37,784 bases of DNA from Bacteroidales bacterium (lineage in GTDB: Bacteria; Bacteroidota; Bacteroidia; Bacteroidales; WCHB1-69): positions 1 through 37,784 of the forward strand of contig JAAYQB010000143.1 in NCBI GenBank assembly GCA_012519525.1. Reading direction: 5' to 3'. Position 1 is the first letter of the stretch; each line of letters opens with the position of its first letter. The notes below the pieces were generated by a model. That model worked only from the letters and a program-made list of their open reading frames with translations. It was not told where the DNA came from and made no database searches. The position numbers and the translations under genes are program-made. Positions 19,728 to 28,600 of the stretch are shown here, piece by piece.

Positions 19728-21071
19728 ATGAGTTATATAAGAAAAGAACGTAAAGATATCGTCTATTATTTAAGAGAATTTTCACGTCTCTTTATGGGAA
19801 TATTATTTATATTTTCCAGCTATGTGAAAGGAGTTGACCCCTATGGATTTTCCATAAAATTAGAAGAATACCTTATCTCATTTGGCTTGGACTTCTTTAG
19901 CCCCTTAGCCATGACGATGGCAATAGGAGCCATAACCGTTGAATTTTTAATTGGTGTCGCATTGATTGTCAATTTTAAAATGCGATTTACCTCATGGGTG
20001 TTATTGCTTTTTATGCTATTTTTCACCCTATTAACTTTTTGGTTAGCCTACGCCTTGGATATCGTCAATCTGTATAATTCTATTTTCCATAAAAATGTAA
20101 AAATATTCGTCGTAACCGACTGTGGATGTTTTGGCGATTTTATCACCCTCTCTAACAAACAAACATTTTATAAAAATGTAGTATTCATGTTGTTTACTCT
20201 CATTATTTTCGGACAAAACAAAAAATACAAACAAAACAAATTAGCTTTAAGAAAACAAATAATAGCTCTGTTAGTCGGTTTAATTGCCATATTATTTGTA
20301 CAAATATACTGCCTACGCCATGAACCATGGCACGATTTCCGTCCTTGGTATAAAGGCAATTTTATTGCTGCCGAAACCTATTCCGAAGCACCTGAAATGG
20401 ATTTTATTTTCATCTATAAAAATAAGACAAACAATGCGATAGTAGAATATACTACCGATGAGTTAATGGCGATTAGCGAAGATGAAGCAACTTACGAAGA
20501 CTTTGAAAACAACTATGTTTATGTGGATAGAAAAGATAAAATAATCAAAAAAGGAACCGAAGCAAAATTAGCCGACTTTGAACTGCAAGACAAAGAACAA
20601 AAAACCGATATGAAAGAAAGCATTATCGAACAAAAAGGCTATCATTTTATCCTATTTATAAGAAATATAAAAACCGCTTCCTTGAACAACTTCAAACAAA
20701 TCAATGATTTTGCCAATCAATGTATTAACGACAATATCCCTTTTATTGCAGTTACAGGCTCAATGCCTAAAGAAGTGGCTGAATTACAGCAAAAATACAA
20801 TACCGAATTTCATTTTTATTATAGCGATGAAACCCCATTAAAAACAGCTATTCGAAATAATCCCGGACTTATACTATTAAAAGACGGATATATAATTGAT
20901 AAATGGAGTTTTAGAGATATTCCAAGCTATGATAAATTCAAAAATTCCATCCCCACTTATGATAAAAACTTAATCAAATACAAAATCAAGATTCCACCCA
21001 TACTTCCTAATGGAGTAAACTTAGATTCTGTTAATTACTCTGTAAAAGAAAATATGCAAATTGATGAATAA
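19728..21071 (+). CDS. DoxX/MauE-type membrane protein fused to a thioredoxin-like domain (BT_3928-family-like)
   Basis: 447 aa. Four N-terminal TM helices carry the DCGCFG motif. The C-terminal soluble domain has thioredoxin-fold-like spacing, but the CxxC position reads TASL. Confidence 0.75.
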   Translation: MSYIRKERKDIVYYLREFSRLFMGILFIFSSYVKGVDPYGFSIKLEEYLISFGLDFFSPLAMTMAIGAITVEFLIGVALIVNFKMRFTSWVLLLFMLFFTLLTFWLAYALDIVNLYNSIFHKNVKIFVVTDCGCFGDFITLSNKQTFYKNVVFMLFTLIIFGQNKKYKQNKLALRKQIIALLVGLIAILFVQIYCLRHEPWHDFRPWYKGNFIAAETYSEAPEMDFIFIYKNKTNNAIVEYTTDELMAISEDEATYEDFENNYVYVDRKDKIIKKGTEAKLADFELQDKEQKTDMKESIIEQKGYHFILFIRNIKTASLNNFKQINDFANQCINDNIPFIAVTGSMPKEVAELQQKYNTEFHFYYSDETPLKTAIRNNPGLILLKDGYIIDKWSFRDIPSYDKFKNSIPTYDKNLIKYKIKIPPILPNGVNLDSVNYSVKENMQIDE

Positions 21072-21921
21072 TTTAGAGCAATACATCAAAGATTATTTTT
21101 TAGACTTTATTACTTCTGAAGATGAGATGAAGCAGGCAATTCATCTTATGCGTACGGAAGTAGATAGTTACATAAAAGAACACCATTTAAAATCTTTAGT
21201 ATTAGGCATATCGGGTGGCATTGACAGTGCTTTTGCGGCAGCTTTATTAAAACCTGTTTGCGACAACAATCATATTCCACTGATAGGAAGATCCATTACC
21301 ATTGAATCGAATAAAAAAGAAGAAATCGAACGCTCTATATTGATTGGGGAGAATTTCTGTCATGATTTTCAACATATTGACTACACATCCTTATTTCAAA
21401 AATACAAAGCCTTATTACCTGATTTAGACGATACATTGAAGTCAAAGCTAAGAATGGGCAATTGTAAAGCACGTCTTCGAATGATTGTCTTATACGATCT
21501 CGCTCAATTACACGGAGGTCTTGTCATTTCAACCGATAATTTCACCGAATATTTAATCGGCTTTTGGACTTTGCATGGAGACGTTGGAGATTATGCCCCA
21601 TTTTGTCATCTGTGGAAAACCGAAATTTATTTTGCCGCTAATATATTAATGAAAGAATTGAAAAATTCTTCCAAAAATGCCATCAATTTATGCATAAAAG
21701 CAGTCCCTACCGATGGCTTGGGAATAGGCAATTCCGATTTTGACCAATTAGGACTTAATAGTTACGAAGACATTGACAGGTTGTTTCGATCCTATTTCAA
21801 AGGAGATAAATCCAATGAAAATCACATTCTTATAAAAAAATACAAAGACAGTTTTTATAAAAGAAATAATCCTATTATTATTAAAAGAGAAAAAATAAGC
21901 AAAAAAATACTTAAAAAATAA
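21064..21921 (+). CDS. nadE: NH3-dependent NAD+ synthetase
   Basis: PP-loop LGISGGIDSAF, later TDNFTEYLIGFWTLHGD. ATG at 21064 overlaps the upstream stop by 8 nt. Confidence 0.88.
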   Translation: MNNLEQYIKDYFLDFITSEDEMKQAIHLMRTEVDSYIKEHHLKSLVLGISGGIDSAFAAALLKPVCDNNHIPLIGRSITIESNKKEEIERSILIGENFCHDFQHIDYTSLFQKYKALLPDLDDTLKSKLRMGNCKARLRMIVLYDLAQLHGGLVISTDNFTEYLIGFWTLHGDVGDYAPFCHLWKTEIYFAANILMKELKNSSKNAINLCIKAVPTDGLGIGNSDFDQLGLNSYEDIDRLFRSYFKGDKSNENHILIKKYKDSFYKRNNPIIIKREKISKKILKK

Positions 21922-22082
21922 AATCAACTGATTATCATATATATACATTTTTAACAAACATTTAAATTCATTTCAAATTACCATACTAACAACTAATATT
22001 CAAAAGATTAAAAGCAATATCAACCACAAATTAACACCATAAAGTGAAAAATGCTAACATTAAAGAGTTTAGTGATAAAGTA

Positions 22083-22098
22083 TATTTTTGTATTTTTG
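22083..22098 (+). promoter_or_regulatory. tandemly duplicated -7 box (TATTTTTG x2) for the porP-gldKLMN operon
   Basis: Two back-to-back exact consensus copies (22083-22090 and 22091-22098), ~140 nt upstream of the porP ATG. Confidence 0.5.
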
Positions 22099-22102
22099 CT
22101 TT

Positions 22103-22122
22103 TTAAATGAGATTAAATGAGA
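22103..22122 (+). repeat. perfect tandem direct repeat (TTAAATGAGA)x2 at the predicted T9SS operon transcription start
   Basis: Read directly from the sequence. It starts 5 nt after the duplicated -7 box, with a 10-nt period (one helical turn). Confidence 0.8.
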
Positions 22123-22237
22123 AAAGTATATTTTTTTAGAAAATAAAAAAAAATGAAACTTTTTAGAGAAACATGGAGTATAAGAATAGAAAGTTACGAA
22201 AACACAGAAAATTAATGGCTGAAAGAAAATAAAAGAT

Positions 22238-23260
22238 ATGAAAGGAAGAAAAATTCACATATTATTATATTTGTTCTTGTTTTTCGTACTAAGAACTAAC
22301 GCACAACAAGATCCACAATTTACACATTATATGTACAGTGATTTTCTTATCAATCCGGGTGTAGCAGGTAGCGGAGGAATCTGTGCTACCGGTATTTTCA
22401 GACAACAATGGGCTGGATTTCAAGACACATGGGATGATTTAGAAACCGGCAAAACGGAAAAGTATTCTACTGCACCTCAAGAGGTTCTCATTACTTTTCA
22501 TGCGCCAGTGAAAGCACTGCACGGAGGTTTAGGTTTAGCCGTATGCCAAGATAAATATGGATATCAAAATGACATTGGCGTTAAATTAGCCTATTCTTTT
22601 AAAGTTAATTTTGGAGGCGGAACTTTAGGTATTGGTGTAGCGGGCGACTTCTTAAGTAGAACCCTTCATGGAGATAGATATCACCCAAAACAAGAAGGGG
22701 ACCCAAAAGTAGTAACTTCAAATGTTTCTGATTTTTATATAGATGCAGCATTCGGATTGTATTATATAAACCCTGACAAATGGTTTGCCGGCATGAGTGC
22801 TACACACCTAATCACAGGAGAAGGAAAAAACACTCACCAAAAAACAGCGAGACATTTTTATTTCTATGGTGGGTATGAGTTTGCACTTCCTTTTAATCCA
22901 AATTGGAGTTTAAAACCTTGTGCTATGATTAAAACGGATTTTGTAAAAGCACAATACGATTTAACCGTATTAACCGAATGGACTAAGATAGTTTGGGGTG
23001 GTGTTAGTTGGCGTATTGACCGTGATGCAGTTGCTCTATTAGTAGGAGCAAGACCTTTTATTAATTCGTCTACTGCTGCCAGAGGATTGGAATTTGGAGT
23101 TTCATATGACATAACCACTTCTAGATTAGGATATAATCATAAAAGAAGTTTTGGAGGACCGGAAATAATGATAAAATATTGCTTTACCATTATTCCTCCG
23201 GTATCGGTTTACGGATATAAAAACACTCGATTATTAGGAAATAAACCGACAGAATATTAA
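22238..23260 (+). CDS. porP: type IX secretion system membrane protein PorP/SprF
   Basis: 340 aa. Signal peptide ending NAQQ, followed by the family-typical DPQFTHYMYSDFLINPGVAG, then a beta-barrel-like alternating pattern. Confidence 0.9.
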   Translation: MKGRKIHILLYLFLFFVLRTNAQQDPQFTHYMYSDFLINPGVAGSGGICATGIFRQQWAGFQDTWDDLETGKTEKYSTAPQEVLITFHAPVKALHGGLGLAVCQDKYGYQNDIGVKLAYSFKVNFGGGTLGIGVAGDFLSRTLHGDRYHPKQEGDPKVVTSNVSDFYIDAAFGLYYINPDKWFAGMSATHLITGEGKNTHQKTARHFYFYGGYEFALPFNPNWSLKPCAMIKTDFVKAQYDLTVLTEWTKIVWGGVSWRIDRDAVALLVGARPFINSSTAARGLEFGVSYDITTSRLGYNHKRSFGGPEIMIKYCFTIIPPVSVYGYKNTRLLGNKPTEY

Positions 23261-23328
23261 AATATATTGAAATAAGATATAATAAAATTAAGAAAATATT
23301 AGTTACTTACATATAAATACATAAGAGT

Positions 23329-24774
23329 ATGAAGAAATTGATCTTAACATTAACAGTTTTTGTAGCCATAGTATTAACGGGATGTCGTAATACTGGCGAC
23401 GGTCAACTTATTGGAGCTCAAGATAGAATGGAATATAAAGAAGTGGAACCTTTTGGGATGAAATTCGTTCCTGAAGGACACTATCTAATGGGAATCGGGG
23501 AGCAAGACCCAACTTATTCTATGACATATAGTGCTAAAAACGTTACCGTTAAAGCATTTTGGATGGACGAAACGGAAATAACCAATAACGAATACCGTCA
23601 GTTTGTCGAATGGGTTATCGACTCTATTATCCATGTTCAACTTGGCGAGACTTTAGACGAGGAAGAAAATGAACATTATTTAAAATATACACGAAAAGAA
23701 GCCACTGAGGAACATGAAGAAGGAGAAATTATTGAACCAAAACTCATTAATTGGGACACCAAAATAGATTGGGATTCTCAAGACGAAGAATACCGTGCTG
23801 CCCTCTCCTATTTGATTTTAGACCTTAGTGCCGGAAATGAAAGATATTACCACTACAAAATGAGAGATATGGATATCAAAAAAATAGTTTTTGAATATTG
23901 GTGGTACGACAAAAGAGCATTTAAAGACGATGATGTACAAGGTGCGGCTTTTAAAGAATTTGACAATGTTGACCCTCAAACAAAAGATATGGGAATGTTC
24001 TCTAATAGACCTACAGCTTATAATCAAGGGGCAAAACCTTTTTTAAGACACGAAGCTGTTAATGTTTATCCCGACACCTTATGTTGGATACACGATTTTG
24101 TTCATTCTTATAACGAACCTCAAACCAATAGCTATTTTTGGCATCCGACTTACGACCACTATCCTGTAGTGGGTGTTAGTTGGAAGCAAGCAAGGGCTTT
24201 TTGTGCATGGCGTTCACACATTAGAAATACCTACCTTATCACCCAAGAATGGGCATATGAAAATGAATTTCGTTTACCCAACGAATCGGAATGGGAGTAT
24301 GCTGCCAGAGGATATTTATTGGGAAGTCCTTATCCTTGGGGAGGTCCTTATACTCAAAATTTAAATGGTTGTTATTTAGCTAACTTTAAGCCGCTTAGAG
24401 GAAACTACAGTGCCGACGGTAGCGTATACACAGTAATTGTTGCTCACTATCATGCAAACGATTGGGGATTATACGATATGGCAGGTAATGTATCGGAATG
24501 GTGCGAAGATGCCTACAATGAATCAGCACATAATTTCGCTCATGACCTTAATATGCAATATACTTATTTTGCAAAAGACAATGACCCGCCTGTCTTAAAA
24601 AGAAAAGTAGTACGCGGTGGTTCATGGAAAGATATTAGCTATTATTTAAACAATGCAAGCAGAACCTATGCTTATCAAGATACAGGCAAGTCCTACATCG
24701 GATTTAGATGTGTTCAAGCCTACTTAGGACGTAATTATGGAGATAATTTAGCTACTTCATCTAACGTTTACTAA
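23329..24774 (+). CDS. gldK: T9SS / gliding motility lipoprotein GldK (PorK)
   Basis: Lipobox VLTGC. SUMF1/FGE-type domain with the RGGSWKD motif. Synteny with gldL, gldM and gldN. Confidence 0.93.
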   Translation: MKKLILTLTVFVAIVLTGCRNTGDGQLIGAQDRMEYKEVEPFGMKFVPEGHYLMGIGEQDPTYSMTYSAKNVTVKAFWMDETEITNNEYRQFVEWVIDSIIHVQLGETLDEEENEHYLKYTRKEATEEHEEGEIIEPKLINWDTKIDWDSQDEEYRAALSYLILDLSAGNERYYHYKMRDMDIKKIVFEYWWYDKRAFKDDDVQGAAFKEFDNVDPQTKDMGMFSNRPTAYNQGAKPFLRHEAVNVYPDTLCWIHDFVHSYNEPQTNSYFWHPTYDHYPVVGVSWKQARAFCAWRSHIRNTYLITQEWAYENEFRLPNESEWEYAARGYLLGSPYPWGGPYTQNLNGCYLANFKPLRGNYSADGSVYTVIVAHYHANDWGLYDMAGNVSEWCEDAYNESAHNFAHDLNMQYTYFAKDNDPPVLKRKVVRGGSWKDISYYLNNASRTYAYQDTGKSYIGFRCVQAYLGRNYGDNLATSSNVY

Positions 24775-24847
24775 ATAATAATGAAGAAAAAATTTAATCA
24801 TTTAATAATTAATAAATAAAAAATAATAATAATTAAAAAATTAATCT

Positions 24848-25744
24848 ATGGGATTGTATGAATTAGTAAGAAGTAAACCTTACAAAGACTTTATGGCAAA
24901 GCTGTATGGATGGGGTGCAGCAGTGGTAATCGCGGGAGCATTATTTAAAATTATGCACTTTCCGGGTGCAGGAGTAATGTTGACCTTAGGAATGGGAGTT
25001 GAGTCGCTTATATTCTTTATGTCGGCTTTTGAACCGTTACACGTTGAGTATAATTGGGCTTTAGTTTATCCCGAATTGGCAATGGGACTTGATGATGATC
25101 GTCCTAAAAAGAAAAAAGAGAAAGAGAAAACCGGAACAATATCTCAACAATTAGACCAAGCATTGTTGGAAGCTAAAATCGGACCGGAACTCTTGGATAG
25201 TTTAGCCGCAGGGATGAAAAATTTAGGAGAAAATGCAAAACAATTATCCGGAATGTCCGATGCTGTGAATGCTACCGACGGCTACATTACCAATGTATCT
25301 AAAGCATCCGAATCGGTTAGAAACTTAGGAGTTGCTTATGAAAAAACGGCTGACTTTTTAGAATCGTCACTTAACAAATCTCAAAATTATTTTACCAATG
25401 TAGAAAAAGCTTCTAATGCCGTAGGTTCATTAGCGAATGTTTATGAAGACACTATTCGTAGCATGACGTCTAGCTCAAACTATAATGAAGAAGTTTCAAG
25501 ATTGTCGAAAAATCTTTCGGCTATCAATGCAGCTTACGAACTTCAGTTGCAAAGCACCAACGAAACATTAAATATTTCTAAAACTTTAGATGAGCATCTT
25601 AAAGAATTAGCAACTAACTTAAATGAATCCAGCAATAACATACTAAGCTATAAAGAGCAAGTAGATATGCTATCCAAAAATGTAAGTAAATTAAACGATA
25701 TTTATGGAAATATGTTAGCCGCTATGAGCAGCAGACCGATGTAA
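24848..25744 (+). CDS. gldL: T9SS / gliding motility protein GldL (PorL)
   Basis: Two N-terminal TM helices (GWGAAVVIAGALFKIMHFPGAG / LTLGMGVESLIFFMSAF, with the conserved TM2 Glu), followed by a coiled-coil cytoplasmic region. Confidence 0.9.
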   Translation: MGLYELVRSKPYKDFMAKLYGWGAAVVIAGALFKIMHFPGAGVMLTLGMGVESLIFFMSAFEPLHVEYNWALVYPELAMGLDDDRPKKKKEKEKTGTISQQLDQALLEAKIGPELLDSLAAGMKNLGENAKQLSGMSDAVNATDGYITNVSKASESVRNLGVAYEKTADFLESSLNKSQNYFTNVEKASNAVGSLANVYEDTIRSMTSSSNYNEEVSRLSKNLSAINAAYELQLQSTNETLNISKTLDEHLKELATNLNESSNNILSYKEQVDMLSKNVSKLNDIYGNMLAAMSSRPM

Positions 25745-25790
25745 TAATTAATAATAACAATTTAGATAATAATAAAAATTATACTATAGT

Positions 25791-27398
25791 ATGGGAGCAA
25801 AAAATTGTCCGGAAACTCCCCGGCAGAAAATGATTGGAATGATGTATTTAGTGCTAACAGCGATGCTTGCGCTAAATGTATCTAAAGATATATTAGACGC
25901 TTTTATTGTTGTGAATGATACGTTGGAACAAACAAACACCAACTTCACAAGTAAAGTAGAGCAGAATTATGTTTTATTTGAACAAGCTTTACAAAACGAA
26001 GGTGCTAAAGTTAAACCTTTCTACAATAAAGCATTAAAAGTAAAAAAAGAGTCCGATGAAATGGTAGCTTATATCGAGCAAATTAAAAAAGAATTGTTTA
26101 TGGAAGTTGACGGTTTGAAAGAAGAGGAAGTCAAAGGCAAGACTCTGAAAGATATGAGCGGTAGAGACAACTACTCTACACCCAGTCAATATTTCATGGG
26201 ACAAACCGGAGACGGAAAAGCAATAGAATTAAAGAATAAAATTAATGCTTATAAAAAGAATTTGATTTCTATAGTAAACAATCCAAAATACAATGCTATT
26301 ATCAAGGAAGCTTTAGAAACCGATGGAGATTATAGAAACACATCTGGCGAAAAAGAATCATGGGAACAACATAATTTTGACCATATTGTGGCAGCAGCTT
26401 GTTATACCATTCTCAACAAAATAATCGGTGAAGTGAGAAATACTGAATATGCTACCGTTAGCTTTCTTTACTCTGCTATTGATGCCGGTAGTTTTAAATT
26501 CGATAATGTCAGTGCCAGAGTTATTCCTAATAGTCGTATTGTTTTCTCAGGCGATAGCTACGAGGCTGATATTATTGTAGCTGCTGTTGACTCACGTCAA
26601 AACCCCTCTATTTATTGGGGAGCCGGTAGAGACACAGCTACTGTAGCCGATATTGACAAATTAACTTTAGTAGAAGGTGAAAGCGGAATGGTACGTTTAA
26701 AAATACCCACCGGTGGTGTCGGCGATCAACGTTATGCCGGTGTTATTAAGTTAAAAACAGCCGAAGGAGATAAATTTTATCCTTTTAAAGATGCTTACAC
26801 CGTAACCCGTCCTTCTGCAGCAATAGCCGCTGAAAAAATGAATGTGCTTTATGCCGGTATTCCTAATCCCATAGGTATAGCTGCACCGGTAGCACCTGAA
26901 AGAATGCGTATATCATGGGGCGGATTAACTCCTCGTCAATTAGGTGGAGGTAAATACGAAGTTACTCCTGATAGAACACTGATTGGCAAAAGAATAATGA
27001 TTTCAGTAGCGGCAGATTTGGGAACCGGAAAAACCCAAAACATGGGAAGTCAAGAATTTAGAGTAAAAGGAGTGCCTAATCCGGTTGCTTATATAGGCTC
27101 AAATATTGGCTCAGGAAAAATAGCTAAAAATATCTTAGTTGCCAATCCTTTTTTAACGGCTAAAATGGAAAACTTTGACTTTGAGCTGGCTTGGAGAATT
27201 ACTTCTTATAAAGTTACTGTTGTAAAAAACGGACGTGAAGTTTCCAGCGCAACGAATGCAGGAGCTCAATTTAGTGAAAGTTTAAAAAACACAATACGTT
27301 CTTCCGGCTCAGGAACTACTTTTGAGTTTACAGAAATTAAAGCTCAAAGTATTGCCGGTGTGAAAAACCTAGAAAACATTACTGTTCGTATAAGATAA
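25791..27398 (+). CDS. gldM: T9SS / gliding motility protein GldM (PorM)
   Basis: N-terminal PRQKMIGMMYLVLTAMLALNVS signature helix and a long periplasmic region; 535 aa. Confidence 0.92.
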   Translation: MGAKNCPETPRQKMIGMMYLVLTAMLALNVSKDILDAFIVVNDTLEQTNTNFTSKVEQNYVLFEQALQNEGAKVKPFYNKALKVKKESDEMVAYIEQIKKELFMEVDGLKEEEVKGKTLKDMSGRDNYSTPSQYFMGQTGDGKAIELKNKINAYKKNLISIVNNPKYNAIIKEALETDGDYRNTSGEKESWEQHNFDHIVAAACYTILNKIIGEVRNTEYATVSFLYSAIDAGSFKFDNVSARVIPNSRIVFSGDSYEADIIVAAVDSRQNPSIYWGAGRDTATVADIDKLTLVEGESGMVRLKIPTGGVGDQRYAGVIKLKTAEGDKFYPFKDAYTVTRPSAAIAAEKMNVLYAGIPNPIGIAAPVAPERMRISWGGLTPRQLGGGKYEVTPDRTLIGKRIMISVAADLGTGKTQNMGSQEFRVKGVPNPVAYIGSNIGSGKIAKNILVANPFLTAKMENFDFELAWRITSYKVTVVKNGREVSSATNAGAQFSESLKNTIRSSGSGTTFEFTEIKAQSIAGVKNLENITVRIR

Positions 27399-27437
27399 TT
27401 AATAATCATTATATTCATAATTTAAAAACTTGTAGGA

Positions 27438-28547
27438 ATGAAACATTTACGATTAGTCATAACAATAATAATAGTAAGTTGCATGGCAACAATACATGCA
27501 CAAACTATTGATAGCGAAAATAAACAAAAAGGAGGAGCATTTGATGCACCTGGTAGAGCTCGTAATCCTATAGATAGACCTTACGAAAAGAAATTGTTGA
27601 GAGACAATACGCCGGTTCCTTTACAACCTTTGGACGAAGAATATATCCATTATTCTTCCCTATTTTGGAGAGTAATCGATTTACGCGAGAAAATGAATTT
27701 ACCTCTCTATTTTCCCACAGAACCGAAAGGAAACTGGAAAAGTTTTGCTAAAATTATTTGGGATGTTGTCGATTCAAATGAAAACAACCCTATGCCTGTT
27801 CGTATTTATACTACCGAATATTTTGACATTCCTTTATCTAACGAAGAATTTAGAAGTAAACTTAGTATTGAACCTATTACCATATTATTATGGTTAACAG
27901 ACCCTGAAACAGGCGAACAAGTATTTGACGATTTTACAGGAGAACCTATTGCTATAGGAGACACTACTATTATGCAATTTGCAGATCCTAAAGATGTTAT
28001 GCAATACGACATCAAGGAATTGTATTATGTAGATAACCAAAGGTCAATGTTGGATGTACGTATTATGGGAATATGTCCTGTATTACAAAAAGGCGCTGTT
28101 TTATTTGAGGATGATGAAGAAGATAACGCACCTGCAATGGATGCACCACCTGCAGAAGACGAAGGATTTACCGATGAATATACGGATGAATATGCCGAAG
28201 ATACTATGGAAGAAGAATATCCTGAAGAAGAAGCTCCGGCAGAGGAAGAAGATTTGGCTGAATTAGGAAGCAAAAAATTAGCTCCTATCGGCTGGTTCTA
28301 TTATCCCGAATTCAGACCGGTTATGGCAGTAAATGAAGTGTTTAATCCTCACAATAATGCTAACCGCAGAACCTATGATGATATTTTTATACAAAGACGC
28401 TTTTCCAGCTTTATAAGAGCAGAAGAAAACGTACACGACAACCGAGAAATATTCAATTATATTTTAAACGGGTTGGATCAAATATTAGAAGCCGAAAAAA
28501 TTAAAAATAAAATTTTTACTTTTGAACATGATATGTGGGAATACTAA
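27438..28547 (+). CDS. gldN: T9SS / gliding motility protein GldN (PorN) with an internal acidic low-complexity segment
   Basis: Signal peptide, the family-like segment LFWRVIDLREKMNLPLYFP, and position as the last gene of the porPKLMN cluster. An intrinsic terminator follows. Confidence 0.88.
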   Translation: MKHLRLVITIIIVSCMATIHAQTIDSENKQKGGAFDAPGRARNPIDRPYEKKLLRDNTPVPLQPLDEEYIHYSSLFWRVIDLREKMNLPLYFPTEPKGNWKSFAKIIWDVVDSNENNPMPVRIYTTEYFDIPLSNEEFRSKLSIEPITILLWLTDPETGEQVFDDFTGEPIAIGDTTIMQFADPKDVMQYDIKELYYVDNQRSMLDVRIMGICPVLQKGAVLFEDDEEDNAPAMDAPPAEDEGFTDEYTDEYAEDTMEEEYPEEEAPAEEEDLAELGSKKLAPIGWFYYPEFRPVMAVNEVFNPHNNANRRTYDDIFIQRRFSSFIRAEENVHDNREIFNYILNGLDQILEAEKIKNKIFTFEHDMWEY

Positions 28548-28570
28548 AAACAATATCAATAAAATAAAAG

Positions 28571-28597
28571 AGGCTGCTTTTTAAGTAGCCTTTTTTT
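28571..28597 (+). terminator. intrinsic terminator after gldN
   Basis: AGGCTGC / GTAGCCT stem (7 bp, one G-U), 7-nt loop, then a run of 7 T. It begins 23 nt after the gldN stop. Confidence 0.7.
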
Positions 28598-28600
28598 ATA

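Noticed and set aside
22153-22215. 20-codon upstream ORF (MKLFRETWSIRIESYENTEN) in the porP leader
   Set aside because: Short ORFs of this size arise by chance in AT-rich leaders. It has no supporting signal, so it is noted only as part of the long-leader observation.
23329-24774. SUMF1/formylglycine-generating-enzyme domain in GldK, considered as a sulfatase-maturation gene
   Set aside because: The lipobox, the size and the gldL/M/N synteny identify it as GldK/PorK, which is known to carry this fold without being a sulfatase maturase.
28025-28273. 82-aa Ser/Ala-rich ORF on the minus strand, plus a 70-aa plus-strand ORF at 28054-28266
   Set aside because: Both lie wholly inside gldN, opposite or out of frame to its acidic GAA/GAT-rich segment. 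They are shadow ORFs created by low-complexity codon repeats.
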